Source: an uncultured SAR86 cluster bacterium (GTDB taxonomy: Bacteria; Pseudomonadota; Gammaproteobacteria; Magnimaribacterales; AG-339-G14). Taken from it: DNA of 61,009 bases. The notes under the pieces are model-generated. The model was not told the origin of the DNA. It did no database searches and saw only the letters and a program-made list of their open reading frames with translations. The stretch spans positions 1 through 61,009 of the forward strand of contig CACOQX010000003.1 in NCBI GenBank assembly GCA_902629465.1, read 5' to 3'. This document shows positions 39,649-49,106 of this stretch, piece by piece; position 1 is the stretch's first letter, and each line of letters begins with the position of its first letter. The position numbers and the translations under genes are program-made.

Positions 39649-41145
39649 ATGAAGAAATTATTAAATCAATCAATATCATCAAATAAAAAGCTAAATTTTA
39701 AAAAAGACAAATTTCAAACTTTGATAGTAGGTGTAAGCGAAGCTAAAACTCTAAATGGTGATTTAAAAGAAATTAATGAAGTCAGTAATGGCACAATAAA
39801 AAAACTTATTTCCAGAGAAGAGATTACTGGAAAAATTGGAAATAGCGTTTACTTGCCTGCCATCAGTGGAGTCAATGCCGAAAAATCTTATTTTGTTGGA
39901 ACCGGTAAAAAAAATAAAAAAATTTCAGAAGTAGACTATTTCAAAATTTGCCAATCAATTTCAAGTGCTGCATTGGCTTCAAAATCCGCTTCGGTAAAAA
40001 TAATCATTCCTGAAGTTTCAGTAGAAAATAGAGATACCAGTTGGACGGTTGAGGTTTTAGGTAGACATTTAGAAGCTTCAAGCTATCAATACTTTTTTAA
40101 AGGCAAAAAAAACCAAACTAAAAACGTCTTAAAAAAAGTAGAAATATTTATGGATTCAAGAAAAGCAGGTCTGTCTGCAGCTCTCAAGAAAGGTCAAATA
40201 ATTGGTGCGGGAAGTAATTTCAGCAAAGAGCTTGCGAATACTCCTGCAAACATCTGCACCCCTACGCACCTAGCGAATCAAGCACGAGCCTTATCTAGAA
40301 CTTTTTCTACTGTAAAAACTAAGGTTCTTGGTGAAAAAGAAATGAAAAAATTAGGTATGGACTGCCTCTTGTCGGTTGGTAATGGTAGCGTACAGGAATC
40401 AAAGCTAATCATCATGAACTATGCGGGCGGTAAAAAAGATGAGCAGCCGCATGTAATTGTTGGAAAAGGAATTACCTTTGATACCGGAGGGATAAGCATT
40501 AAACCTTCGCGTGCTATGGACGAAATGAAATATGACATGTCCGGAGCTGCTAGTGTCTTGGGTACGATGCGAGCGATAGCAGAAATCAAACCTAAAAAAA
40601 ATATTATCGGTGTCATTGCTTCAGCTGAAAACATGCCAAGTGGGACTGCAACTAAGCCAGGCGATGTTGTCAGCACTATGTCAGGTCAAACCGTAGAAAT
40701 ACTAAATACAGATGCCGAAGGTAGATTAGTATTGTGTGATGCACTTACTTACGTAGAAAGATTTAAGCCAGCAAGTGTTATTGATATTGCTACCCTAACG
40801 GGAGCTGTGATCGTTGCCCTTGGGCACGAAGCTACCGGCGTCATGTCAAACGATCAAAAATTGGCTGATAAGATTCTTAGCTCGGGAATTGCCAGTGGCG
40901 ATAAAGCCTGGCAATTACCTCTTTGGGATGAGTACCAAGGTGGTTTAAAAAGCAGATATGCTGATATCGCAAATATTGGTGGTTCAGCCGGCACAATAAC
41001 GGCCGCCTGTTTTCTTTCAAGATTCACTGAAAAGTATAAGTGGGCACATTTAGATATAGCGGGAACGGCTTATGGAATTGGAGGACAAAAAGTTTCTTCA
41101 GGTAGGCCTGTCCCCCTCTTGTCTGAATATTTACTCACTGCATGA
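39649..41145 (+). CDS. pepA: Leucyl aminopeptidase (M17)
   Basis: VGKGITFDTGGISIKP, MKYDMSGAA and NTDAEGRLVLCDAL motifs. Confidence 0.95.
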   Translation: MKKLLNQSISSNKKLNFKKDKFQTLIVGVSEAKTLNGDLKEINEVSNGTIKKLISREEITGKIGNSVYLPAISGVNAEKSYFVGTGKKNKKISEVDYFKICQSISSAALASKSASVKIIIPEVSVENRDTSWTVEVLGRHLEASSYQYFFKGKKNQTKNVLKKVEIFMDSRKAGLSAALKKGQIIGAGSNFSKELANTPANICTPTHLANQARALSRTFSTVKTKVLGEKEMKKLGMDCLLSVGNGSVQESKLIIMNYAGGKKDEQPHVIVGKGITFDTGGISIKPSRAMDEMKYDMSGAASVLGTMRAIAEIKPKKNIIGVIASAENMPSGTATKPGDVVSTMSGQTVEILNTDAEGRLVLCDALTYVERFKPASVIDIATLTGAVIVALGHEATGVMSNDQKLADKILSSGIASGDKAWQLPLWDEYQGGLKSRYADIANIGGSAGTITAACFLSRFTEKYKWAHLDIAGTAYGIGGQKVSSGRPVPLLSEYLLTA

Positions 41146-41585
41146 CCCAAGAAATAAGTTTTATTTCTGCAGGAGAAGATGAAAAAGAAGCCATAAGTTT
41201 CTTACTTAAATTTGTTGAAGAAAAATTTCTAGAACTCGGCTCCTCTCCTCAGAATAAAATTAATCTGAGGTGTAATGATGCTACTCAAGCTAATGAACTC
41301 GATCAAAAGCTTTGGGAAGATCTCAACGAGGTTTTTTTAGCTCATAAGATTTCTAATGATAAAAAAATACCCTCTTGTCCTGTAGAAATATCTTATCCAG
41401 GTATCAAGGTAAAAAATGAATTTTCAACTTTGATCAATCTAAACCCAAAATTGCCTCCAGACTACCAGGACTACGATACTGTGTTTCAAATTGTCATAAA
41501 AGATAATGCTTCTTTGCAAAATCAGGCAAGGGAAAGCTTCAAACAATGTAAAATTGATGGATTTGATCCCACTTACATCAACTAA
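41142..41585 (+). CDS. holC: DNA polymerase III chi subunit
   Basis: 147 aa with LDQKLWE....FLAH and PVEISYP, resembling E. coli HolC. Conserved pepA-holC-valS position, with a 4-nt overlap on pepA. Confidence 0.8.
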   Translation: MTQEISFISAGEDEKEAISFLLKFVEEKFLELGSSPQNKINLRCNDATQANELDQKLWEDLNEVFLAHKISNDKKIPSCPVEISYPGIKVKNEFSTLINLNPKLPPDYQDYDTVFQIVIKDNASLQNQARESFKQCKIDGFDPTYIN

Positions 41586-41587
41586 AA

Positions 41588-44323
41588 GTGAAAAAGACTT
41601 ACAACCCAAAAAATTTAGAAAAAAAATGGTATCGGTTTTGGGAAAAATCTGGTTTTTTTAAACCTACTTATAGATCAAAAAAAACATTTTCGATTATGAT
41701 TCCGCCACCTAATGTGACGGGCAGTTTGCATATGGGTCATGGCTTCCAAAATACCTTAATGGACATTATGACGCGGTTAAAAAGAATGCAGCAGTACGAT
41801 GTCCTATGGCAAGTCGGTACCGACCATGCGGGCATCGCAACACAGTTGGTTGTCGAAAGAAAACTTGAAGGTGAAGGCAAGACAAGAGAATCTCTTGGCA
41901 GAAGTAAGTTTGAGAAAGAAATCTGGAAATGGAAAAAGTACTCTGGTAATACCATAACCAAACAACTTAGAAGACTTGGTTCTTCGGTAGATTGGTCTAC
42001 TGAAAAATTTACCATGGATGCTGAATTTAGTGATGCAGTATCGGAAGTATTTTGTAAGCTCTACGATGAGGGTCTGATTTATAAAGGATACAGACTCGTT
42101 AATTGGGATCCCTCTTTGCAAACAGCTTTATCAGATCTTGAAGTTTCTAATGAAGAGGAAAATTCTTTTATCTGGAATATCAAGTACGAACACGATGCAG
42201 GTCACCTAACGGTAGCAACCACTCGGCCAGAAACTCTGTTGGGAGATATGGCTGTTGCTGTAAATCCCAAAGATAAAAGGTATAAAAAACTTATCGGCAA
42301 AACAGTTAAATTGCCGCTAACGAATAGAGAGATACCTGTGATTGCTGATAACTATGTTGACATGTCGTTTGGAACCGGTTGTCTGAAAGTTACTCCAGCT
42401 CATGACTTCAATGATTTTGAGATTGGCAAACGTCACAAACTTGAGTTTCTAAATATTTTAAACAAAGACGGCACTTTGAACGAAAACGCACCTAAAAGAT
42501 ATCAGAATTTAAAAATGCTAGAGGCTAGGAAAATCATCATCGAAGATTTAGATCAAGCAAATTTACTGGCGGGAAGTGAAAAGCACAAACTTGCTATTCC
42601 ACGTGGCGAAAGAACCGGAGAAATTTTAGAGCCCTATTTGACAGAACAATGGTATTTGAAAACAAAAAATCTAGCTCAAGAAGCCTCGAAATTAGTAAGA
42701 AATGGAAAAGTTCAATTCGTGCCAAAAAATTGGGAAAAAACTTTTTTCAATTGGATGAAAGATATTGAAGATTGGTGCATCAGTCGTCAATTGTGGTGGG
42801 GACATAGAATCCCAGCTTGGTACGATGAGGATAAAGAAGTTTATGTTGGAAAGTCCGAAGCAGAGGTAAGAGAGAAAAACAAAGTTTCCGGAACTCTAAC
42901 AAGAGATGAAGATGTATTGGACACCTGGTTTTCCTCGCAATTGTGGACTTTTGCTACCTTAGGCTGGCCAAAAAAAACCAAACAACTTACAAAATTCCAC
43001 CCCACTTCCATTTTGGTTACGGGTTTTGACATCATATTTTTTTGGGTAGCCAGAATGATCATGATTTCACAAAAATTTCTTAAAGAGCCTCCTTTTAAAA
43101 AAGTGTTTATTCACGGACTGGTGAGAGATTCAGAAGGCCAAAAGATGTCCAAGTCAAAAGGAAACATTATTGATCCAATTGATGTAATTGATGGAATCCC
43201 TCTGAAAGCTTTAATTGCAAAAAGAACAGAAAACTTACTTGTGCCAAGTTTGAGGGAGAAAATTGAAAGAACAACAAAAAAAGAATTTCCCTCTGGCATA
43301 CCCTCTTTCGGAACAGATGCTCTTAGGCTTACTTTTGCATCTTTGGCATCGGGAAGTAGGGACATAAACTTTGATGTCAAACGAGTTGAAGGTTACAGAA
43401 ACTTCTGTAATAAGTTATGGAATGCCTCAAGATTTATTAAGTTGCAATGCAAAGGATATAAAAAATCTAAGAAATTAAGTGATGATCCAATCGATAAATG
43501 GATAAGGTCTGAATTCAATAAAAGTTTAAAAAATTATGTTGATCATATTGATAACTCTAGATTTGACTTGGCTACACAAGTTCTATATGAATTTATTTGG
43601 GAAAAATTTTGCGATTGGTACATAGAGTTCTGCAAAATTAGACTTAACGACCAAAATATTGCTAAAGCCGAGAAAGCCCAAATAAAAAATTCCTTGTTAG
43701 ATGTTTTTGAAAAGACGCTCAAATTAGCTCATCCCATGATGCCTTTCATTACAGAAGAAATTTGGCAATCTTTCAAAGACAAATTCAATGCAAAGGAAAA
43801 GAGTATTATGATTTCCGAACTTCCTACCAAATATCTTGGAGCCTCTAACCTGAAAAATATAGAGTCTTTGAGATCAGTAATCTCAGGTATTAGAAACATA
43901 AGGTCTGAAATGCTTATCTCTCCTAAAAAAGATATCACCATCATTGTCGAAAAAAATAAAACTATTAAAAATTTACTCGAACAGAATAAAAATTACTTGC
44001 TTAACTTAACAGGAGTTAAAAGGATTGATTTTTTAGATAAAAATATTCCGCCTTCTGCAATCTCACTTGTGGATGGCACGAAGATACACATTCCATTGCA
44101 AGGTCTCATTGATACCCAATCTGAAATCGAAAGGAATCAAAAGAACTTAGAAAAATTCAATAAATCTCTTCAAGGTTTAAAAAATCAATTGGATAACAAG
44201 AAGTTTCTTTTAAATGCTCCAAAAAAACTTATTCAAGAGAGGAAACGAAATTTGAAAGATATTTCTCAAAAAATTATCACTACCGAAAAACACATCAAAA
44301 CCTTAGAAAAATTAAAAAACTAA
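41588..44323 (+). CDS. valS: Valine--tRNA ligase
   Basis: GTG start. PPPNVTGSLHMGH (HIGH-class motif), KMSKSKGN, and a C-terminal coiled coil. 911 aa. Confidence 0.97.
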   Translation: MKKTYNPKNLEKKWYRFWEKSGFFKPTYRSKKTFSIMIPPPNVTGSLHMGHGFQNTLMDIMTRLKRMQQYDVLWQVGTDHAGIATQLVVERKLEGEGKTRESLGRSKFEKEIWKWKKYSGNTITKQLRRLGSSVDWSTEKFTMDAEFSDAVSEVFCKLYDEGLIYKGYRLVNWDPSLQTALSDLEVSNEEENSFIWNIKYEHDAGHLTVATTRPETLLGDMAVAVNPKDKRYKKLIGKTVKLPLTNREIPVIADNYVDMSFGTGCLKVTPAHDFNDFEIGKRHKLEFLNILNKDGTLNENAPKRYQNLKMLEARKIIIEDLDQANLLAGSEKHKLAIPRGERTGEILEPYLTEQWYLKTKNLAQEASKLVRNGKVQFVPKNWEKTFFNWMKDIEDWCISRQLWWGHRIPAWYDEDKEVYVGKSEAEVREKNKVSGTLTRDEDVLDTWFSSQLWTFATLGWPKKTKQLTKFHPTSILVTGFDIIFFWVARMIMISQKFLKEPPFKKVFIHGLVRDSEGQKMSKSKGNIIDPIDVIDGIPLKALIAKRTENLLVPSLREKIERTTKKEFPSGIPSFGTDALRLTFASLASGSRDINFDVKRVEGYRNFCNKLWNASRFIKLQCKGYKKSKKLSDDPIDKWIRSEFNKSLKNYVDHIDNSRFDLATQVLYEFIWEKFCDWYIEFCKIRLNDQNIAKAEKAQIKNSLLDVFEKTLKLAHPMMPFITEEIWQSFKDKFNAKEKSIMISELPTKYLGASNLKNIESLRSVISGIRNIRSEMLISPKKDITIIVEKNKTIKNLLEQNKNYLLNLTGVKRIDFLDKNIPPSAISLVDGTKIHIPLQGLIDTQSEIERNQKNLEKFNKSLQGLKNQLDNKKFLLNAPKKLIQERKRNLKDISQKIITTEKHIKTLEKLKN

Positions 44324-45499
44324 AAAAGATTTCTCGATGATGAGATTTAGGCTATAGCCAAAAATAGATGCAGTAATGGCTATAGTGGCTAAGTTTGTAA
44401 ACTTTCCTAAATTATAAAATTTCAAAAGGTAAGCAAATAAAGCGAAAATACCAAAAATTAAAATTTGACCTATCTCTATCCCTAAGTTGAAAGCAAGAAT
44501 GATTTTTAACATATCTTCTTTAGGTAAATAAATCTCATTTATGGCGCCTGCAAAACCCAAACCGTGGATAAATCCAAAGACAATCGTTATAAAAATGAGA
44601 TTAAAACTACTTTGATAATTATCAGATAATCTTAAGTAGCAAAACATCATGAGACCTAATGATAGAAAGAAAAGGGACTGCTTAGGGATAAAAATATAAA
44701 TAGCAAAAGTTAGAATTGCCCAGGCAACTAAAAGAAGATTTGAAAACATAGCAAGCTGAGCAGTCTTTTTTCCTAAAACCTCTATCGAGCAGACTAAGAT
44801 GGAAAATCCAATCATGATCTCAACCAAACTTGTTGAAGAAACAATGAGTCCTTGAACACTTGAGAAAAGGCTAGCCGAATGTCCTAAGGTAAAACCCGAG
44901 ATTGCAAAAAAAAGGATTTTTAAGTTTGTACATAAAAAAATTATGAGTAATAAAAAAGCAATATGATCTAAACCACTCAGAATGTGTTTGAAGCCGAAGG
45001 ACAGGAAATTTAAAAAGGTTAAATTAAGCTCAGCGCTTTGATTCTCATCAAAAATAAAAATCTGTCTATTGTCTGAGGAAATAATAAAGTCGGGGAATAG
45101 TTGACCTGCCTTTTCTTGAGAAGAAAAGTCTAGATGAGATAGATTCAAGTCAAAAAATAAATCGAAGCTGAATTTAGGCTGCTCTACGGAACAGACAAAT
45201 TTATCTAGGTATTTAACAAAGTCATCCTGGACTTGGGTCAGCGGATTCTGTGAGAAGCAATCTTCAGAGCTTATTTTGTTTTTAAAATAATTCTCAAGCT
45301 GATTTAAGCGATAGCCATTGTTTTGTAATTGATTAAATAAAACTTCTTTTCTGATTTTTGTTGAAACGGAAACTACAAAGTCCATTCCGACCACTTCGCC
45401 CTTCCAAGTGGTATAAGACTGACTTTTTTGATGAGATAAAATATTTCCTGAAAAAAAAAGGATTAGAAGAAAGCTAAAAAGAATATTTTTCAATTTCAT
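44312..45499 (-). CDS. HupE/UreJ-family membrane protein with an N-terminal periplasmic extension
   Basis: Signal peptide, an extracytoplasmic domain of roughly 150 aa, then a TM bundle beginning GFKHILSGLDHIAFLL (HupE/UreJ-type H..G.DH motif) and ...GFIHGLGFAG. Confidence 0.65.
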   Translation of the reverse strand: MKLKNILFSFLLILFFSGNILSHQKSQSYTTWKGEVVGMDFVVSVSTKIRKEVLFNQLQNNGYRLNQLENYFKNKISSEDCFSQNPLTQVQDDFVKYLDKFVCSVEQPKFSFDLFFDLNLSHLDFSSQEKAGQLFPDFIISSDNRQIFIFDENQSAELNLTFLNFLSFGFKHILSGLDHIAFLLLIIFLCTNLKILFFAISGFTLGHSASLFSSVQGLIVSSTSLVEIMIGFSILVCSIEVLGKKTAQLAMFSNLLLVAWAILTFAIYIFIPKQSLFFLSLGLMMFCYLRLSDNYQSSFNLIFITIVFGFIHGLGFAGAINEIYLPKEDMLKIILAFNLGIEIGQILIFGIFALFAYLLKFYNLGKFTNLATIAITASIFGYSLNLIIEKSFLVF

Positions 45500-46307
45500 A
45501 AAAGTTTCTTAAGTTTTCAATATACTCTTTGACGAGAATGTCTTCTTGATCTCTGATGAATTTGCTCTTGATTTGTTCAATGATTTCTTCGAATTTTGGA
45601 TTGTTATCCAATAAAACATCAATACAAATAACAAGGCTAGGTACTTGGCTTATATCAAAAATATTAGAAAAGCCCCCTTTTTCGAGACTCGGTAATTCTT
45701 CTAACACTTTGGGTCCTAAATAATCTCTTATTTTTTGTGGAGTCAGGAAAACGTTTGGCAAATCAATAGAATTTTCTGTTTCTACAAGTTTTAAAAAACT
45801 TTCCAAATTGCCTTGTTTTAGCGAATTTCTTGCGGTTTCTGCATCACTCAAATTACGAAAACTATAATTTTTGAGTTTGTAACGCTTACCTGAAGAGAAG
45901 TAATTTTTTTCTTTGCTGAAATACTCTCTTAACTCAGCCTCTGAAGGCTCAGCCAATTCACTGGAATTAATAATGTATTGAAACATGGTCTGAATAATAT
46001 TCCCTTTTACCAAAGAGTCGTTTCTCACCAAATCAAGCTCTATTGCTCTTTGTATTAAAAGTTCCTCATCAATAAGTCTTTCTCGAATAAAATTTTTCTT
46101 TTCCAAAGTCAATTCTGACTTGCTTTGATCATCCAAAACTTTAATTATCTCTTCAAACCTCTGTCGGCTTATCTCCTTTTCGCCTACGCGGGCAATTGCC
46201 TGGTCAAGTTGAAAATTAGCTTCAAAAATAACTGAATTTAAAGAAATGAATAAGGAAACAAAAAAAACAACGATTAACGCAATGTTGACGTATTTTTTCT
46301 CAATCAT
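45474..46307 (-). CDS. Membrane-anchored SurA-N/parvulin-like (PPIase-like) chaperone candidate
   Basis: An N-terminal TM anchor followed by a pattern typical of PpiD/EpsD-like PPIase-family proteins (VGEKEISRQRFEEII...LIDEELLIQRAIELDL...EAELREYF). The catalytic domain looks degenerate. Confidence 0.45.
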   Translation of the reverse strand: MIEKKYVNIALIVVFFVSLFISLNSVIFEANFQLDQAIARVGEKEISRQRFEEIIKVLDDQSKSELTLEKKNFIRERLIDEELLIQRAIELDLVRNDSLVKGNIIQTMFQYIINSSELAEPSEAELREYFSKEKNYFSSGKRYKLKNYSFRNLSDAETARNSLKQGNLESFLKLVETENSIDLPNVFLTPQKIRDYLGPKVLEELPSLEKGGFSNIFDISQVPSLVICIDVLLDNNPKFEEIIEQIKSKFIRDQEDILVKEYIENLRNFYEIEKYSF

Positions 46308-46740
46308 TTTTCAATAAAATAAAATGCTCAACTCCAGATTCGTCAATGACCTTTTTATCTTCAATGAAATTATTTTTTTTGTAAAAACTTAAGGTAGAAG
46401 CCAAGCTTGATACTTTTGTTATTTTATTGGAGAACAAAACTTTTGATTTATCACTCAGCTCATTAACCAAAGCTTTGCCAAACCCTTTTTTTCTGAATTT
46501 TTCGACAACGATGATTCTACTGAGGTAAGGATTGATAAATTCGCCGTGAGGGGGAATCACTCTGCCATATGCTACCAAGTCGGAATCCATCAGGCCTAAA
46601 AGATGAAAACTCATTTCATCATATTTGTCTTTTACCGGATCTTCTTGGTCTGCCTCAAAAAAAGATTTTCTTAGCTCTGAAATATCTCTTAACTGCGAGT
46701 CATCCAAATCATGATATTTGTGCCATATCCATTTCATCAA
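46300..46740 (-). CDS. GNAT-family N-acetyltransferase, ElaA-like
   Basis: W....L....L..I.ELR..FF, HLLG....LVAYGRV, and acetyl-CoA loop KFRKKGFGKAL. Confidence 0.75.
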   Translation of the reverse strand: MMKWIWHKYHDLDDSQLRDISELRKSFFEADQEDPVKDKYDEMSFHLLGLMDSDLVAYGRVIPPHGEFINPYLSRIIVVEKFRKKGFGKALVNELSDKSKVLFSNKITKVSSLASTLSFYKKNNFIEDKKVIDESGVEHFILLKND

Positions 46741-46741
46741 A

Positions 46742-47782
46742 TTAAGGACATGGGTTTGGGCAAGCCGCGTGTACTTGATCCAAATAGGTCAAATTTTCTT
46801 CGCTCAGTTCAACTTCAAAACTATCTATTGCTAATTTAAGTTGTTCCATTGTTGTAGCTCCGATGATGTTGGATGTCACAAAATCTCTGGAATTAACAAA
46901 AGCGTTAGCCATTACTGAAGGGTCCATATTTATTTCTTTTGCGTAGTCTACGTACTTTTGAATCGAATTTTCGGCGGATTCTGTTTCATATCTTTGACCT
47001 CTGCCAAACAATTGAGTTCTAGAACCTTTAGGTCTAGCACCATTTAAATATTTTCCAGATAAATACCCTTGAGCAAGCGGAGAATAAGCCAATAAGCCCA
47101 CTTCGGATCTGAAATAAAATTCAGACATGCCATATTCGTATGTCCTATTTAAAAGATTGTAAGCATTTTGAACTGACTGAACTCTAGGTAAATTCATTTC
47201 ATCTGCAATTCTTATAAATTCTGAAAGTCCCCAAGGGGTCTCATTAGATAAACCGATGTACCTTACTTTGCCAGAATCGACTAGAGACTTTAGAACTTCC
47301 AATGTTTCGGAAATTGCGATGTTTTCCATGTCGTAATGCTTGTAAAGACCTGCTCCTCCACCAAACATTGGCAACGGTCTGTCCGGCCAGTGAAGTTGGT
47401 ACAAATCTACGTAATCGGTTTGTAGTCTTTTTAGGCTCCCTTCGATTGCAGCTTCTATATTTTTTTTATCGAGTCTAGTCTCTCCTCCTCTAAACCAATC
47501 CATGCCACTTCTACCAGCAACTTTTGTAGCCAAAATAATTTTTTCCCGGTTGTTGTTTTTCTTAAACCAAGTTCCGATAATTGTTTCGGTGCTGCCTTGT
47601 GTTTCTGCTTTTGGCGGAATTGAATAAAGTTCTGCGGTATCAAAAAAATTTACTCCTCTATCAACAGCATAATCCATTTGCTCATGACCTTCTTCTTCAG
47701 TGTTTTGTTGGCCCCAAGTCATTGTCCCTAAACAAATGAGACTTACGTCTAAGTCGGTGTTACCTAGTTTTTTGTATTTCAT
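46742..47782 (-). CDS. tas: NADP-dependent aldo-keto reductase, Tas-like
   Basis: MKYKKLGNTDLDVSLICLGTMTWGQQNTEEEGHEQMDYAVDRGVNFFDTAELY parallels the E. coli Tas N-terminus. Its 346 aa length equals that of Tas. Confidence 0.8.
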   Translation of the reverse strand: MKYKKLGNTDLDVSLICLGTMTWGQQNTEEEGHEQMDYAVDRGVNFFDTAELYSIPPKAETQGSTETIIGTWFKKNNNREKIILATKVAGRSGMDWFRGGETRLDKKNIEAAIEGSLKRLQTDYVDLYQLHWPDRPLPMFGGGAGLYKHYDMENIAISETLEVLKSLVDSGKVRYIGLSNETPWGLSEFIRIADEMNLPRVQSVQNAYNLLNRTYEYGMSEFYFRSEVGLLAYSPLAQGYLSGKYLNGARPKGSRTQLFGRGQRYETESAENSIQKYVDYAKEINMDPSVMANAFVNSRDFVTSNIIGATTMEQLKLAIDSFEVELSEENLTYLDQVHAACPNPCP

Positions 47783-47827
47783 GATTGCTCTCCCCGTTGA
47801 TTAAAGTGTTTATATTTTTCTGATAAA

Positions 47828-48319
47828 ATGAAATTTATGAGCCAAACATTATATGACTTTTCAGTAAATGATAATGCAAATAATTCAGTATCATTGGAAA
47901 AATATAAAGGAAAAATCCTTTTAGTTGTAAATACAGCCAGCAAATGTGGATTTACACCGCAATACGATGGTTTAGAAGAACTGCAAAAAAAATACTCAGA
48001 AAAAGATTTTTCTGTCTTAGCTTTTCCCTGTAATCAATTTGGCAACCAAGAGCCCGGAAGCAATGAAGAAATCCAAGAGTTTTGTTCAATAAATTTCCAA
48101 ACCAGCTTTCCTGTTATGGGAAAAATAGACGTCAATGGAAAAAATGCAGACCCTTTATTTGATTTTCTCAAATCGGAAAAGAAAGGCTTACTTGGAAGCA
48201 AGGCAATTAAGTGGAATTTCACGAAGTTTTTGGTCAATAAAGATGGTAAGGTCATTAAGCGTTATTCACCGAATACGGAACCTAAAGATATTGCTCAAGA
48301 CATAGAAAATCTGCTTTAA
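47828..48319 (+). CDS. Glutathione peroxidase (Cys type, BtuE-like)
   Basis: VVNTASKCGFTPQY, LAFPCNQFGNQEPG and WNFTKFLV motifs. An alternative ATG lies at 47837. Confidence 0.9.
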   Translation: MKFMSQTLYDFSVNDNANNSVSLEKYKGKILLVVNTASKCGFTPQYDGLEELQKKYSEKDFSVLAFPCNQFGNQEPGSNEEIQEFCSINFQTSFPVMGKIDVNGKNADPLFDFLKSEKKGLLGSKAIKWNFTKFLVNKDGKVIKRYSPNTEPKDIAQDIENLL

Positions 48320-48775
48320 AGAAAAGGAATCATTTCTCAACTTCTTTGAAAAGATTAGAGCATCCTCTCTTCCATCATGAAGTTTGTAGTAGTTTTTTCT
48401 CAATCCAATCTCTAGAAATTCATTAGTTTTGTAAAAAGATATAGCTTCTATGTTTGATTCTCTGACCTCTAAAAATATTTCTTTGATTCCAAACTTATTA
48501 GCAATGGACTCAACTTTCTTTAAAAGATCCTTGCCTATTCCTTGTCTTTTCATATTAGGTGCGACAGAAATATTCAGTAAGTGTCCTTCTAATAAGCTAA
48601 AACTAGCTATAAAAAAACCTTGAACCTTCTCGTCTTCCAAACAAACATAAAATTCGTAATTTTTTCTCATACAATCTAGAAAGCTGGAGTAGCTCCAAGG
48701 AGTGGAATTAGAAAGCTGTTCTATTCCAAAGACTTGCTCAAGATAACTTTTTTTTATTTTTTCAATTTTTCTCAA
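48266..48775 (-). CDS. rimI: Ribosomal-protein-S18-alanine N-acetyltransferase
   Basis: IEQ.....PWS...F, NISVAPNMKRQGIGKDLL, LEVRESN..AISFY and YY....GREDALIF parallel E. coli RimI. It uses a TTG start and has a 22-aa C-terminal tail antisense to the gpx 3' end. Confidence 0.85.
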   Translation of the reverse strand: MRKIEKIKKSYLEQVFGIEQLSNSTPWSYSSFLDCMRKNYEFYVCLEDEKVQGFFIASFSLLEGHLLNISVAPNMKRQGIGKDLLKKVESIANKFGIKEIFLEVRESNIEAISFYKTNEFLEIGLRKNYYKLHDGREDALIFSKKLRNDSFSLKQIFYVLSNIFRFRIR

Positions 48776-49061
48776 TGTTAATCAAAAGCTCTTTTTTTTC
48801 TTTAGTAGACATATTTTTCAAAAAATCGAGGTTTTCTATTTCGATTTTTTTTACTGACAAGTAATCAATTATTTGCTCTGGATAATTCTCAGAAAACTCT
48901 TGTCTAAGAGAAATGCTTAAAGACTTCAAAAATTTCATATCGGCCGTTGTGATATTTTTAATATTTTTTTTGGTGATATGGTTTCCGTCGAACGAAAAAT
49001 TTTTTTTCAAAGTCCAAGAAGAAATTCCCATTTCTTTCAAGAGCTTTTCCTCTGATTTCAT
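48762..49061 (-). CDS. holD: Candidate DNA polymerase III psi subunit (HolD-like)
   Basis: 99 aa from the ATG at 49061. EEKLLKEMGISSWTLKK parallels E. coli HolD RDWQLQQLGITQWSLRR. It lies immediately upstream of rimI and overlaps it, the conserved holD-rimI arrangement. Confidence 0.5.
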   Translation of the reverse strand: MKSEEKLLKEMGISSWTLKKNFSFDGNHITKKNIKNITTADMKFLKSLSISLRQEFSENYPEQIIDYLSVKKIEIENLDFLKNMSTKEKKELLINIEKN

Positions 49062-49106
49062 TCTAAATATCTTATATGATAAGCACACTTAAGTTAATTT
49101 ATAGCC

